A stretch of DNA of 61,482 bases from Candidatus Aenigmatarchaeota archaeon (lineage in GTDB: Archaea; Aenigmatarchaeota; Aenigmatarchaeia; CG10238-14; SCSR01). A model generated the notes under the pieces. It worked only from the letters and a program-made list of their open reading frames with translations, was not told the origin of the DNA and searched no databases. Position numbers and translations under genes: made by a program. The stretch is taken from NCBI GenBank assembly GCA_014238095.1, contig JABABT010000017.1, forward strand, positions 1 to 61,482, written 5' to 3'. Positions 20,367 through 30,459 of this stretch are shown here, piece after piece (position 1 is the first letter of the stretch; each line of letters opens with the position of its first letter).

Positions 20367-21095
20367 TTAACAAGTAATTTCATATTTAAATTCATTTTCA
20401 CCAATATCTAATAATAATTTATAATTTTTACCTTCTTCTGAAATTTGATTTAATTTTACAAATACTGTATTGTTAGATTCAAGAATATTTATATTATCCC
20501 AATCTATTGATTTAACAACTTTATTATCAATTTTTACTTCTACATTCTCTAAAATTATGTTTTTTGTTCCATTATTCTTTATAATTAAATTATAAGTATT
20601 TCTAACAAAATCACATGAAACATCAATAATTTCTATACTTTCTACATCATTTATTGTTTTATTCTTATTATTTTCATTTGTATAATTTGAAATTTGTGTT
20701 GATGAATTATCAATTATTTTGGTATTATTATTTAAATTAAGTGATTCTTCTGCAAATATTAATGATATTGATGAATTTATAATTCTTTTTGTAATTTGTA
20801 TTAAATTTTTTGAAATATTTATTAATTTATTATATGAATTTGTTGAATTTGGAATATTTATGTAATTTATTGATTTATTTAAATCTCCATTTATTTGGAT
20901 ATTTATATTATCAATATTTTGTTCAATAATATCTATTCTATTTTTATTTTCTAATGGTAATTTTTCTAAATTTTTATCTTTAAGATTTTCAGTATAAATA
21001 GGTTTTAAAAATCCTGAAATACCAAAAAAAAATAATAATATAATTGAAATTATAGATAATGTAAATATTATTTTCCATAAATTACTTAATATCAT
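20367..21095 (-). CDS. Hypothetical membrane-anchored protein with C-terminal Ig/pilin-like beta domain
   Basis: N-terminal TM; IIDVSC..IIKNNG..C-terminal ITC resembles the C-terminus of the pilin at 60806. Confidence 0.55.
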   Translation of the reverse strand: MILSNLWKIIFTLSIISIILLFFFGISGFLKPIYTENLKDKNLEKLPLENKNRIDIIEQNIDNINIQINGDLNKSINYINIPNSTNSYNKLINISKNLIQITKRIINSSISLIFAEESLNLNNNTKIIDNSSTQISNYTNENNKNKTINDVESIEIIDVSCDFVRNTYNLIIKNNGTKNIILENVEVKIDNKVVKSIDWDNINILESNNTVFVKLNQISEEGKNYKLLLDIGENEFKYEITC

Positions 21096-21169
21096 ATTTT
21101 CACTAATATTTTATTGAATAAGAAGACTTTTATTCTTAACATTTCAAATAATTAGATATTTTAATTTAT

Positions 21170-21523
21170 TTAATTATTATGAGAAAATTCTGGTAAATCT
21201 ACATTTACATCAATTTGTAATTCATTTATAATATTAGAAATATCTTGATCTAATTCTGTTGTTTGTAATAGGATTTTTTGTTCATCTGTTAATTCATTTG
21301 GAATTTGTATATTTACTGATTCATTTTGTACAGATTCTGTTTCTAATTGTTCAACATTTATAGTTTCAATTTTTTCAATATTAGAACCTATTTTATTTAT
21401 AATATCTTCACCTAAAATTGAATTTACTATAGATGATCCTGGAAGATCAAATCCTTTATATAATAAAAATATGTAAACCAAAATTGCTATTATAATTATA
21501 ATTCCAAACATTAATTTACCCAT
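21170..21523 (-). CDS. Hypothetical membrane-anchored acidic protein
   Basis: N-terminal TM helix, acidic tail; tightly linked to upstream gene. Confidence 0.6.
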   Translation of the reverse strand: MGKLMFGIIIIIAILVYIFLLYKGFDLPGSSIVNSILGEDIINKIGSNIEKIETINVEQLETESVQNESVNIQIPNELTDEQKILLQTTELDQDISNIINELQIDVNVDLPEFSHNN

Positions 21524-21525
21524 AT

Positions 21526-22425
21526 TTATTGAACTCCTGTTTCATCTGTTTCATGTGTTTCATTTTCATTATTCTGACGTCTATCACGTAATTCAGATGT
21601 TCTATTAGATATTTTATCTTTTATTCTATTTATTATTGATCTTTCTATATTCTTTTTTGTTTTTTCTATTTCTGATTTTATTCTATCTTCAACACTAACA
21701 TCTTGTACTATTCCTCCTAAATTAACAAATGAGTATATTAATTCAGAAGTATTAGAATTATTAGAATTTCTAATATTTTCAATAATTTGTGTGATTTGGG
21801 TTCTATGATTTTCAATTGTATTATTATCTATTGTTTTATTTTTTAACATATTACATTTTTTAATTATTTCTTCTACTGTTTCATTTACATCAGATAATGT
21901 TCTATAAAAATTACATTCTTCTCTTATTTTATCATTTTTTGATTTATTAGATAAATAATTGAAAATTTTATTTACTCTATTATTCAAATGATTTTGGTCT
22001 ATAACTAAAATTCTAGTAGATTTTTTTATATTTGTACCATTTACAGAATCATTTAAAACAATACCAGCTTTTATAGGAATGATTGATCTATATGTTGAAT
22101 TAATTCCTAATAAATTAATAAATTCTTCACGTTGTGGTATATTACATGTAAATGAAAATTCTCCATTTAATGAAGTTTTTTGTTGATTTGAATCACAAAT
22201 TATTACTCTTTCAGAATTTTGTGTTGATTTAATTGTAATGAAGAAAATTCTATAATCAAATTCTCTATTAAAATCATTTTCTACAGTACCATTTAAAATA
22301 ATTTCATCTCCAAAATTAGCAATTTTATTATTTAATTCTAAATTAATTTCTATTTCAGCTGAAGTTGTATTTGATATTACAATAAATGTCATAATAAATA
22401 CTGAAAATAATATTAAATTTTTCAT
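21526..22425 (-). CDS. Hypothetical secreted protein
   Basis: Signal peptide MKNLILFSVFIMTFIVISNTTSA, Ig-like N-half, helical C-half. Confidence 0.6.
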   Translation of the reverse strand: MKNLILFSVFIMTFIVISNTTSAEIEINLELNNKIANFGDEIILNGTVENDFNREFDYRIFFITIKSTQNSERVIICDSNQQKTSLNGEFSFTCNIPQREEFINLLGINSTYRSIIPIKAGIVLNDSVNGTNIKKSTRILVIDQNHLNNRVNKIFNYLSNKSKNDKIREECNFYRTLSDVNETVEEIIKKCNMLKNKTIDNNTIENHRTQITQIIENIRNSNNSNTSELIYSFVNLGGIVQDVSVEDRIKSEIEKTKKNIERSIINRIKDKISNRTSELRDRRQNNENETHETDETGVQ

Positions 22426-22569
22426 ATTACAAATTATATTTTATCTTTTTTATACTTTACTACTTTTTTGATTTTGTTGCAAAATTAATTGATTTTTTTT
22501 TTTTTTTTTCAACAATTCTTACTTTTTCCATAAATGTTGGATATTGATTTAATTGACATAATTAAAATA

Positions 22570-24939
22570 TTATTTATCTATTTGTAAAATTTCTGTTGAT
22601 CCATGATTAATTTTATCACGAGTTAATTTATATGCATATCCTGTAACTGCTTTTTCTAATTTTTCATCATGAGTTATTAAGAAAGTTTGATCTATTAAAT
22701 TTCCGATATGTTCACTTAATGTTGTTCCTAAATCTTCTACTGCTTTTGTATCCATATTAACTGTAGGTTCATCAAGAATTAACCATTTTAATTGTGGTGC
22801 TAAAACAAGTGCAAATGATATTCTTAATGTTAAAGATGATATTGTTCTTTCTCCACCTGATGCAAATCCTTCTACATTTACCCATTTATTTGGTCTTTCT
22901 TGAAGTTGTAAAATATAATCACCTTTTTCTATTGTAATTCTTATTCCAATAAAATCTTTATATGAGTAAAGTTTTGGCCATATTTCATTCATTGTATAAT
23001 TAATTGAAGTTATGAATTCTTTTCTTAATTGAATTTGTGTTTCTTCTAATGATTTTTCAAATATATTTAATTGTTTAATTATTTCATCAATTTTATTTAT
23101 ATCATTTAATTCTTTATCATATTTTGATAAAGATATTTCTAATTCATTAATTCTAGATTTTTTATCTGATAAAATTTGTTTCATTGAAATTATTTTTGCT
23201 TCTATATTTTTTTCATTTTCAATTATTTCTTTCCAATTAATTTCTAATTTTATATCATCTTTTCCTAAAATTGATTCTTTCAGTTTAGAAGTATTAAATT
23301 CTATTTGTTTTTTCTGAGTAAATAATTTTTGTATTTTTTCCTTTTTTAATTCATATTCATTCATTCTAGAATATATTTTTTCTAATATTATTTTTCTTTC
23401 TGTATTTTCTAATATATTTTTTTCCAATAATTCATTTTTTGGTTTTAATTCATTTAATTCTTTTTCAAATTTTTGATATTGTTCCTTTAAAATAGCATAA
23501 ATATTTTTATTATTATTTAATTCTGATTTTATATCATCAATATTTTTTATAAATTCTACCATTTCTGAAAGTTTTTCAAGTTGATTTTGTAATTCTTTTA
23601 ATTCATCTTTAGAAATTTTATTTTTTCCCATATCTTTAATAAAAACTTCTTCTAATTTTTTAATATCAAATTTATTTTTATTTATTAAAATTAATTTTTT
23701 CTCTTTAGTTATTTTAGAATTACATAAAGGACATTTATTTTGAATTTCATTAATATTATCTATGATTTCTTTTGAATTTTTTATTTTAATTTTAATTAAT
23801 TCCATACTTGCTTCATATATCTCTATTTTCTTTTTCTTTTTTTCAATTTTTTCTTCTAATTTATCAGGAGATAATTTTTTAGTATCAATAAATCTATTTA
23901 TATCAATTTTCCTTTCTAATTCTGCATTTAACTTATCTAATTTTTCTCTTTTTAATATTTCTGCTTCTGTTTTTGTTTTTTCATAATTTATAAGAAGTTT
24001 ATTATAATTTTCTGATTCTTTCTTAAATAATTTACTCATTTCATCTAAATTTCTAAATAATTCTCTTAAATTTTTATCTATTTCTATTTTATTTTCTCCT
24101 TTCATAGAATCTTCAATTTCTTTTATAGAAATATGTATTTCTTCAATCAATGCAAGAGTTTTTTTTTCATCTGCTTCAAGATTTTTTAACTCTTCTTTTA
24201 TTTTTCTAGAATTTCCTATTTCTTTTTCTATAAGATGTTTTTTTTGAGATTGTTTATTTAATTCAACTTCTAAATATTCTTTTTCTTTACTCATATTAAT
24301 TATAATATTTTTGAATGTTTCTAATGTTTTTTTTGATTCTTCTATATTTAATTTTTCTATAACAATTTGTTTAATATTTTTTTTATCTGAAATTTTTTTA
24401 ATAACTGACATTATATTTAACCTAGCTTTTTCAAATTTATCTATAGTTAATATATCATCAATTTTTTTCATTCTTTGACCACGTGGAATTGTTAAAAAAT
24501 AATCTAAAGAATTTTGTTCTGAATAAATAACTTTACTAAACAATTCATAATTTATTTTCAATATAGACTCAACAACATCATTTACTTTTGACGTATTTGG
24601 TGACTCAATTATTTTACCTTCTTCTTTTATTTCTGAATATGTTGTTCCTTTTCCTTTTTCTATTATTCTCTTTATAGAATAATTTTTTCCATTTAAATGA
24701 AAATAAATTTCAATTTCTGAATTTACTTTTTCAATTGGTTTATTCATTATTAAATCATCAATTTTTAATTTTCTTGCTTGTAAACTAGGAAATGTACCAA
24801 AAAGACAAAAACATACTGCATCAAGTATGCTAGATTTACCACTACCAATTATTCCAACTAAAGCATTTGTACCTTTACTAAAAGCTAATTCTGTATTATT
24901 ATGAGATCTCCAATTTTTTACTTTTACATTTGTTATAAT
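22570..24939 (-). CDS. rad50: DNA double-strand-break repair ATPase Rad50; true start ~24939 reads ATT
   Basis: Frame is open upstream of track start: (I)ITNVKVKNWRSH..GIIGSGKSS Walker A; zinc hook CPLC; ASGGE signature; LILDEPT; SD-like AGGTGG upstream. Confidence 0.93.
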   Translation of the reverse strand: MITNVKVKNWRSHNNTELAFSKGTNALVGIIGSGKSSILDAVCFCLFGTFPSLQARKLKIDDLIMNKPIEKVNSEIEIYFHLNGKNYSIKRIIEKGKGTTYSEIKEEGKIIESPNTSKVNDVVESILKINYELFSKVIYSEQNSLDYFLTIPRGQRMKKIDDILTIDKFEKARLNIMSVIKKISDKKNIKQIVIEKLNIEESKKTLETFKNIIINMSKEKEYLEVELNKQSQKKHLIEKEIGNSRKIKEELKNLEADEKKTLALIEEIHISIKEIEDSMKGENKIEIDKNLRELFRNLDEMSKLFKKESENYNKLLINYEKTKTEAEILKREKLDKLNAELERKIDINRFIDTKKLSPDKLEEKIEKKKKKIEIYEASMELIKIKIKNSKEIIDNINEIQNKCPLCNSKITKEKKLILINKNKFDIKKLEEVFIKDMGKNKISKDELKELQNQLEKLSEMVEFIKNIDDIKSELNNNKNIYAILKEQYQKFEKELNELKPKNELLEKNILENTERKIILEKIYSRMNEYELKKEKIQKLFTQKKQIEFNTSKLKESILGKDDIKLEINWKEIIENEKNIEAKIISMKQILSDKKSRINELEISLSKYDKELNDINKIDEIIKQLNIFEKSLEETQIQLRKEFITSINYTMNEIWPKLYSYKDFIGIRITIEKGDYILQLQERPNKWVNVEGFASGGERTISSLTLRISFALVLAPQLKWLILDEPTVNMDTKAVEDLGTTLSEHIGNLIDQTFLITHDEKLEKAVTGYAYKLTRDKINHGSTEILQIDK

Positions 24940-26183
24940 AATTTTCCACCTACATCATGAAGTGTTTTTTGATTTCCAGATAATATTGAAATAGTTTTAT
25001 CAATTTCTCCATTTATCATTAATTCAAATAATTGTTGAAAATTAAAATTCAACGAAAATTTTAATTCATCTAAATTATTTTTCAATAAATTTATTCCAAT
25101 TTCTTCAACAGATAATCTTTGTTCTCTAAGAGTTTTCATGAATTCCATTTTTTCTGTTATTTCAACTGATTCTAATTTTTTAACGAAATTTAATAATAAT
25201 TTATCAGAATATTTTTTATTAAATACAGCAATATAATGATCAATAAAATCTGTATCTTTTCCAAATATTTTTACTTTTACTACAGGTTTTTTTAGAAAAT
25301 TTTTATTAACAATATTTGTAAATAAAATATCTAATTCTTTTCTAATAATTTCTGAATTATTATTTTTAATCTCATAATAAAAAAATTTTCTATTTGAATT
25401 TATAGGTATAAATTCTACTTGAGGAGATTTAGAATTTTCAAAATTAATTTTATGGAAACCTTTTACTGATTTTGATTCATTTTCATTAAATTGTGTAGTT
25501 ACAGTACTTCCAAGTATAATAAAAATAGATTCTCCTATTTTATCAATAATTTTATTATGTATATGACCATTTAAAATAACATCAAAACCTTTTGGAAAAT
25601 TTTCTATTTTTAAATCAACTATTTCTAATGGTGAATAAACATATTTATCAATATTTTGATGAATCATTAAAATATTAAAAGAATCAAATATAGGTTTTGG
25701 ATTCCATAATTGAAGTGTTGATTTTGAGTATCTTTCTGGAACTGATGACATACCATGTATTGCAACTTTAACTCCATTCTTTTCAAAAACAATATTTTCT
25801 TTATCAAGATGAATTAATATACCTGCTTGATCAAGTGCTTGTATAACATTTTTCTCATTAGCTAATATTCTATCATGATTTCCATGTAATGATATAAATG
25901 GTATTGAATTTAATGTTCTTTCATGTATTTTCTTTAAATTTTTTGTTGAACTAATAAAATTTATTCCAGATTTTTCTATAAGAGGTTTTGTTAAAATTGA
26001 TATTGCTTTAGCCCAAGTATTTGTTCTTGGATATCTAGAATCAAACATATCTCCAGCACATAATATTAAATCACAATCAAGAGAATTTTCTATAGCCTCT
26101 TTCATATTATCAAATGAATCATCTTCTAAATTAGAATTATGACTTAATCCAAGATGACAATCAGATATAACAGATATTTTCAC
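24933..26183 (-). CDS. mre11: DNA repair nuclease Mre11, GTG start
   Basis: ISDCHLG, AGDMFD, HGNHD, HQ, NGHIH phosphoesterase motifs; upstream of rad50. Confidence 0.92.
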   Translation of the reverse strand: MKISVISDCHLGLSHNSNLEDDSFDNMKEAIENSLDCDLILCAGDMFDSRYPRTNTWAKAISILTKPLIEKSGINFISSTKNLKKIHERTLNSIPFISLHGNHDRILANEKNVIQALDQAGILIHLDKENIVFEKNGVKVAIHGMSSVPERYSKSTLQLWNPKPIFDSFNILMIHQNIDKYVYSPLEIVDLKIENFPKGFDVILNGHIHNKIIDKIGESIFIILGSTVTTQFNENESKSVKGFHKINFENSKSPQVEFIPINSNRKFFYYEIKNNNSEIIRKELDILFTNIVNKNFLKKPVVKVKIFGKDTDFIDHYIAVFNKKYSDKLLLNFVKKLESVEITEKMEFMKTLREQRLSVEEIGINLLKNNLDELKFSLNFNFQQLFELMINGEIDKTISILSGNQKTLHDVGGKLL

Positions 26184-26273
26184 ATAAATAATTTATTTTT
26201 AATTTATTTAAATTTTAGAATTTTAACTAAAATGAAAACTATATTTAATATGTATACAAATTATAATAATAAT

Positions 26274-27713
26274 ATGTCTAAGAAACAAGGACTTACAGTT
26301 AAGAAATCAAATTTTTCTGAATGGTTTACTCAAATTATTGATAAAGCGGATTTAGCAGATATTAGATATGGAATTCAAGGATTTATTGTTCATAAATCAT
26401 GGTCTATAAGAATAATAAAACAAATAATAAATATGTTTGAAGAAAGTCTTGAAAAAGAAGGACATGAACCTGTTCTTTTTCCATTACTTATACCTGAAGA
26501 GAATTTAAAAAAAGAAGCAGAACATTTTGGATTTTTGCCTGAAGTTTTTTGGGTCAGTCAAAAAGGTGCAAATGAAACATTAAATAAAAGATTAGCATTG
26601 AGACCAACAAGTGAAAGTGCATTTTATCCTATGTATTCTTTATGGATTAGAAGTTATCGTGATTTACCTTTGAAAAAATATCAATCTGTAACTGCTTATA
26701 GAAATGAATCTGTTACTAGACCTTTTATACGTGGACATGAATTTATTTGGATTGAATCCCATGATGTATTTGAAACTCATGAAGAATCATTGAAACAAAT
26801 TAAAAATGATATTAATATTATGAAAAATATTATGATAGAAAAATTAGGAATTCCTATTTTATCTTTTAATAGACCAGAATGGGATAAATTTTTAGGAGCT
26901 GAAAGTACTTTTGCTATTGATGTATTAATGCCAGATAAGAAAGTTTTACAAGTAGGAGCTACACATGATCTAACTCAGAAATTTTCTAAAACTTTTGATA
27001 TAAAATATTTAGATAAAAATGGAAATGAAAATTATGTTTGGCAAACATGTTTTGGTCCTGGTATTTGGAGAATATTTGCTGCATTAATATCAATTCATGG
27101 TGATGATAAAGGACTTAAATTACCATTTGATATTGCACCTATACAAGTTGTAATTATTCCTATAATTTCTAAAGATAATAATTCAAAAATAATTAAAAAA
27201 TGTGAATTATTGAAAAATACTATTGGTAAGAAATTTAGAGTTTATATAGATGATACAAAAAAAACTCCTGGTGAAAAATATAATAAATGGGAATTATATG
27301 GTGTTCCTTTTAGAATTGAAATTGGTATAAAAGAATTAAAATCAAATTTTGTTACATTAAGTAAAAGGTATAATAAAACTAAAATTAAAATTAAATATAA
27401 TTCTTTGGAAAATAAAATAGAAAAACTTTCTTTGGAAATGAATAAAATTTTATTAAATGATGCTAATAAATTTTTAAAAAATAATTTGAGAAATGCTAAA
27501 AATAAAAACGATTTTTTCAAATATGTTGAAAATGGTGGTATTATTAAAGCTACTTTTTGTGGGAAAGAAAATTGTGCTAGAGAAATTCAAAATTATACAA
27601 AAGGATTGAAAATTCGTGGTACTTTTTATGGTAAAAATGAAAAAGTTCTTGGAAAATGTATTTATTGTAATAAATCTGCAAAGAAAAATGTTTATATGGC
27701 TAAACAATATTAA
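26274..27713 (+). CDS. proS: Prolyl-tRNA synthetase (archaeal/eukaryotic type)
   Basis: FSEWF, LRPTSE, RSYRDLP, RPFIRGHEF, HGDDKGL, AKQY end; start moved to MSKKQGL (26274) to avoid overlap with mre11. Confidence 0.95.
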   Translation: MSKKQGLTVKKSNFSEWFTQIIDKADLADIRYGIQGFIVHKSWSIRIIKQIINMFEESLEKEGHEPVLFPLLIPEENLKKEAEHFGFLPEVFWVSQKGANETLNKRLALRPTSESAFYPMYSLWIRSYRDLPLKKYQSVTAYRNESVTRPFIRGHEFIWIESHDVFETHEESLKQIKNDINIMKNIMIEKLGIPILSFNRPEWDKFLGAESTFAIDVLMPDKKVLQVGATHDLTQKFSKTFDIKYLDKNGNENYVWQTCFGPGIWRIFAALISIHGDDKGLKLPFDIAPIQVVIIPIISKDNNSKIIKKCELLKNTIGKKFRVYIDDTKKTPGEKYNKWELYGVPFRIEIGIKELKSNFVTLSKRYNKTKIKIKYNSLENKIEKLSLEMNKILLNDANKFLKNNLRNAKNKNDFFKYVENGGIIKATFCGKENCAREIQNYTKGLKIRGTFYGKNEKVLGKCIYCNKSAKKNVYMAKQY

Positions 27714-27914
27714 TTAATATTTTTTTAGAAATTTATAATAAAAATCTAATATGTAAAATAATATTTATTGAAAATATTTAATTTTAAATAAAATTTTAAT
27801 ATTATTTTTTGTAGTGGAATAAATTAATTTTCTAATTTGTTACAAAGTCAATATAACAACAAATATTTAAACCATATTTTCTAAATATAATTAACTAATT
27901 TTGGAGATTTTTAA

Positions 27915-28559
27915 ATGAATATTCCATTTGAATTCAAAAATACAAAACAAGAAAGACCTGAAATGAAGAAGACAGGTACAACAACTTTAGGTATGTTATG
28001 TAAAGATTGTGTTGTTGTAGCAGCTGATAAAAAAGCCACAATGGGATATTTAATAGCAAATAAAGAATCATTGAAAATACAAACATTAGATGATCATATT
28101 GTTATGACTGTAGCAGGTTCATTAGGAGATGCTCAAACTTTAGCAAAATATTTAAAAGCAGAATTAAAACTTTTCAAATTAGCAAATGGGAGGAACATAT
28201 CTGTTAAAGGAGCAGCTTCCCTTTTATCAAATATATTACAAAATAATAAATTTTATCCTTATTTCGTTCAATTAATTATAGCCGGATATGATGATAATGG
28301 ACCATCAATGTTTACACTTGATGCAATAGGAAGTTGTGAAGAAGAGAAAAAATTCTTCTCAACAGGTTCAGGTTCTCCTATGGCTCTTGGTGTTCTAGAA
28401 GATAATTTCAAAGAAAATTTATCAATAGAAGAAGCTAAGAAACTTGCTCATCGCTCAATAAAAGCTGCTATAAATAGAGACATAGCATCAGGTGGTAATG
28501 GAATTGATTTGTGTACTGTTACAAAAAATGGAATTAAAATAACAAAAACATCAATTTAG
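27915..28559 (+). CDS. psmB: Proteasome subunit beta
   Basis: Propeptide then TG|TTT catalytic Thr, AGSLGDAQ, GSGS, RDIASGG. Confidence 0.95.
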   Translation: MNIPFEFKNTKQERPEMKKTGTTTLGMLCKDCVVVAADKKATMGYLIANKESLKIQTLDDHIVMTVAGSLGDAQTLAKYLKAELKLFKLANGRNISVKGAASLLSNILQNNKFYPYFVQLIIAGYDDNGPSMFTLDAIGSCEEEKKFFSTGSGSPMALGVLEDNFKENLSIEEAKKLAHRSIKAAINRDIASGGNGIDLCTVTKNGIKITKTSI

Positions 28560-28590
28560 TTTTGTTCATTTTTTAAAATATAGTGATTAA

Positions 28591-30459
28591 ATGGAAATAT
28601 TAAATAAAATAAAAGAATTACTTCCAGAAAATGTTATAACAAGAGTAGAATTAGAAGGGTCAGAGATAATTGCATATACAAAAGATAAGAAATTTTTTCA
28701 AAATTATGAAGAAGATGTAAAAAAAGTTGTTTCTCAAATTAAAAAAAGGATAGAAATGCGTCCTGAAAAAAATCTAAATATGGATCAGGAATTTACTAAA
28801 GAAAAAATTAAAGAAATTGTTTCTGAAGATGCAAAAATAAATAATATTTATTTTGAACCTGAAAGAAGTTTAGTAGTTATTGTTGCAGAAAAACCAGGAA
28901 TGGTAATTGGGAGAGGAGGAGAATTATTTAAAAAAATTAGGACAGAAACATTTTGGGTTCCAAGAATTGAAAGAGTACCATCCGTAAAATCAGATATTGT
29001 AATGGGAATTAGAAAATATATGCATGAAAATGTTAATTATAGAAAAAAGTTTCTAAATAGAGTAGGAGAAAATATTTTCAAAAAAAATGAAACTAGTAGA
29101 AATTGGATTAGAATTATTGGTTTAGGTGGTTGGAGAGAAGTTGGGAGAAGTTGTTCATTAATTGAAACTCCAAAATCTAAAATTATGATTGATTGTGGAG
29201 TAAAGGCTGGTGCAACAGGATCAGAAATTGCTCCAATATTAAATGCGTCTGAATTTAATTATAGTGACTTAGATGCTATAGTAATTTCACATTCTCATAT
29301 GGATCATGTTGGATTTGTTCCAGCACTTTATGAATATGGTTTTGATGGTCCAATATATATGACAACACCTAGTTTGGATTTAGCAACTTTACTTTGGTTT
29401 GATTTTATTGATGTTATGCAGAAAGGAATTACTAAACCATTATTTACTGCAAAAGGTGTTAAAGAAGCTGTTAAACATGCAATAACTCTTGATTATGGAG
29501 AAGTTTCTGATATCGCACCTGATATTAGACTTACATTCCAACCATCAGGACATATATTAGGATCTGCGTTCCCACATTTACATATTGGTGAGGGTCAACA
29601 TAATATTCTTTATGCACTTGATCAAAAATTTGGAAGAACAATGATGTTAGATCCTTCTTATACAGACTTTCCTAGAGCTGAAACAATTTTAATTGAATCT
29701 ACTTATGGAAGTTATAGAAATGTTTTCCCACCAAGATATGAAACTGAAAAAATTTTCATGGATGCTGTAAACAAAACAATGGAAAGAGGTGGAAAAGTAA
29801 TAATACCATCTTTTGCTGTTGAACGTGCACAAGAAGCAATGGCAATTTTAATTGATAATGGATTTAAATATCCTATTTATTTAGATGGAATGATTTGGGA
29901 TGCAAATGGAATATTTAGTGCTTATCCTGAATACATGTCAAGAACTATGCAAAAGAAAATTTATAATGGAGAAGACCCATTTGCAAGTCCATTAATGAAA
30001 AGAATTTCTTCACATAATGATAGGGAGAAATTATGGGATAGTAATGATCCATGTGTAATTATATCAACAAGTGGTATGTTAACTGGTGGTCCTGTATTAG
30101 ATCATATGAAAAATTTAGGTGAAAATTCAAAAAACACATTAATGTTTATTGGTTATCAATCATCTGTTTCATTAGGAAGGAGAATACAAGAAGGTTATAA
30201 AGAAATACCAATACAAATAGGTTCTAAAATTATTAATCAAAAATTGAATATGGAAGTTGTAACTGTTGAAGGGCTTTCTGGACATAGTGATAGAAAACAA
30301 TTAATGGCATTCCTTAATAGATTACCATGTAATCCTGAACGTGTAATATGTGTTCATGGTGAATCTTCACGTGCGGCTGAATTTGCAGGTGATATTAGTA
30401 AAATATTTGGAGTAGATTCATTTGCTCCAAAAAATCTTGAAGCAATTCGTTTAAAATAA
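28591..30459 (+). CDS. fttA: beta-CASP ribonuclease aCPSF1/FttA (KH-MBL)
   Basis: KPGMVIGRGG KH, LGGWREVGRS, HSHMDH, SGHSD; conserved position after psmB. Confidence 0.95.
   Translation: MEILNKIKELLPENVITRVELEGSEIIAYTKDKKFFQNYEEDVKKVVSQIKKRIEMRPEKNLNMDQEFTKEKIKEIVSEDAKINNIYFEPERSLVVIVAEKPGMVIGRGGELFKKIRTETFWVPRIERVPSVKSDIVMGIRKYMHENVNYRKKFLNRVGENIFKKNETSRNWIRIIGLGGWREVGRSCSLIETPKSKIMIDCGVKAGATGSEIAPILNASEFNYSDLDAIVISHSHMDHVGFVPALYEYGFDGPIYMTTPSLDLATLLWFDFIDVMQKGITKPLFTAKGVKEAVKHAITLDYGEVSDIAPDIRLTFQPSGHILGSAFPHLHIGEGQHNILYALDQKFGRTMMLDPSYTDFPRAETILIESTYGSYRNVFPPRYETEKIFMDAVNKTMERGGKVIIPSFAVERAQEAMAILIDNGFKYPIYLDGMIWDANGIFSAYPEYMSRTMQKKIYNGEDPFASPLMKRISSHNDREKLWDSNDPCVIISTSGMLTGGPVLDHMKNLGENSKNTLMFIGYQSSVSLGRRIQEGYKEIPIQIGSKIINQKLNMEVVTVEGLSGHSDRKQLMAFLNRLPCNPERVICVHGESSRAAEFAGDISKIFGVDSFAPKNLEAIRLK

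Noticed and set aside
26154..26273. N-terminal 40-aa extension of ProRS in the ORF track
   Set aside because: Overlaps the divergent mre11 start and an AT-rich promoter region; family similarity begins at MSKKQGL (26274)
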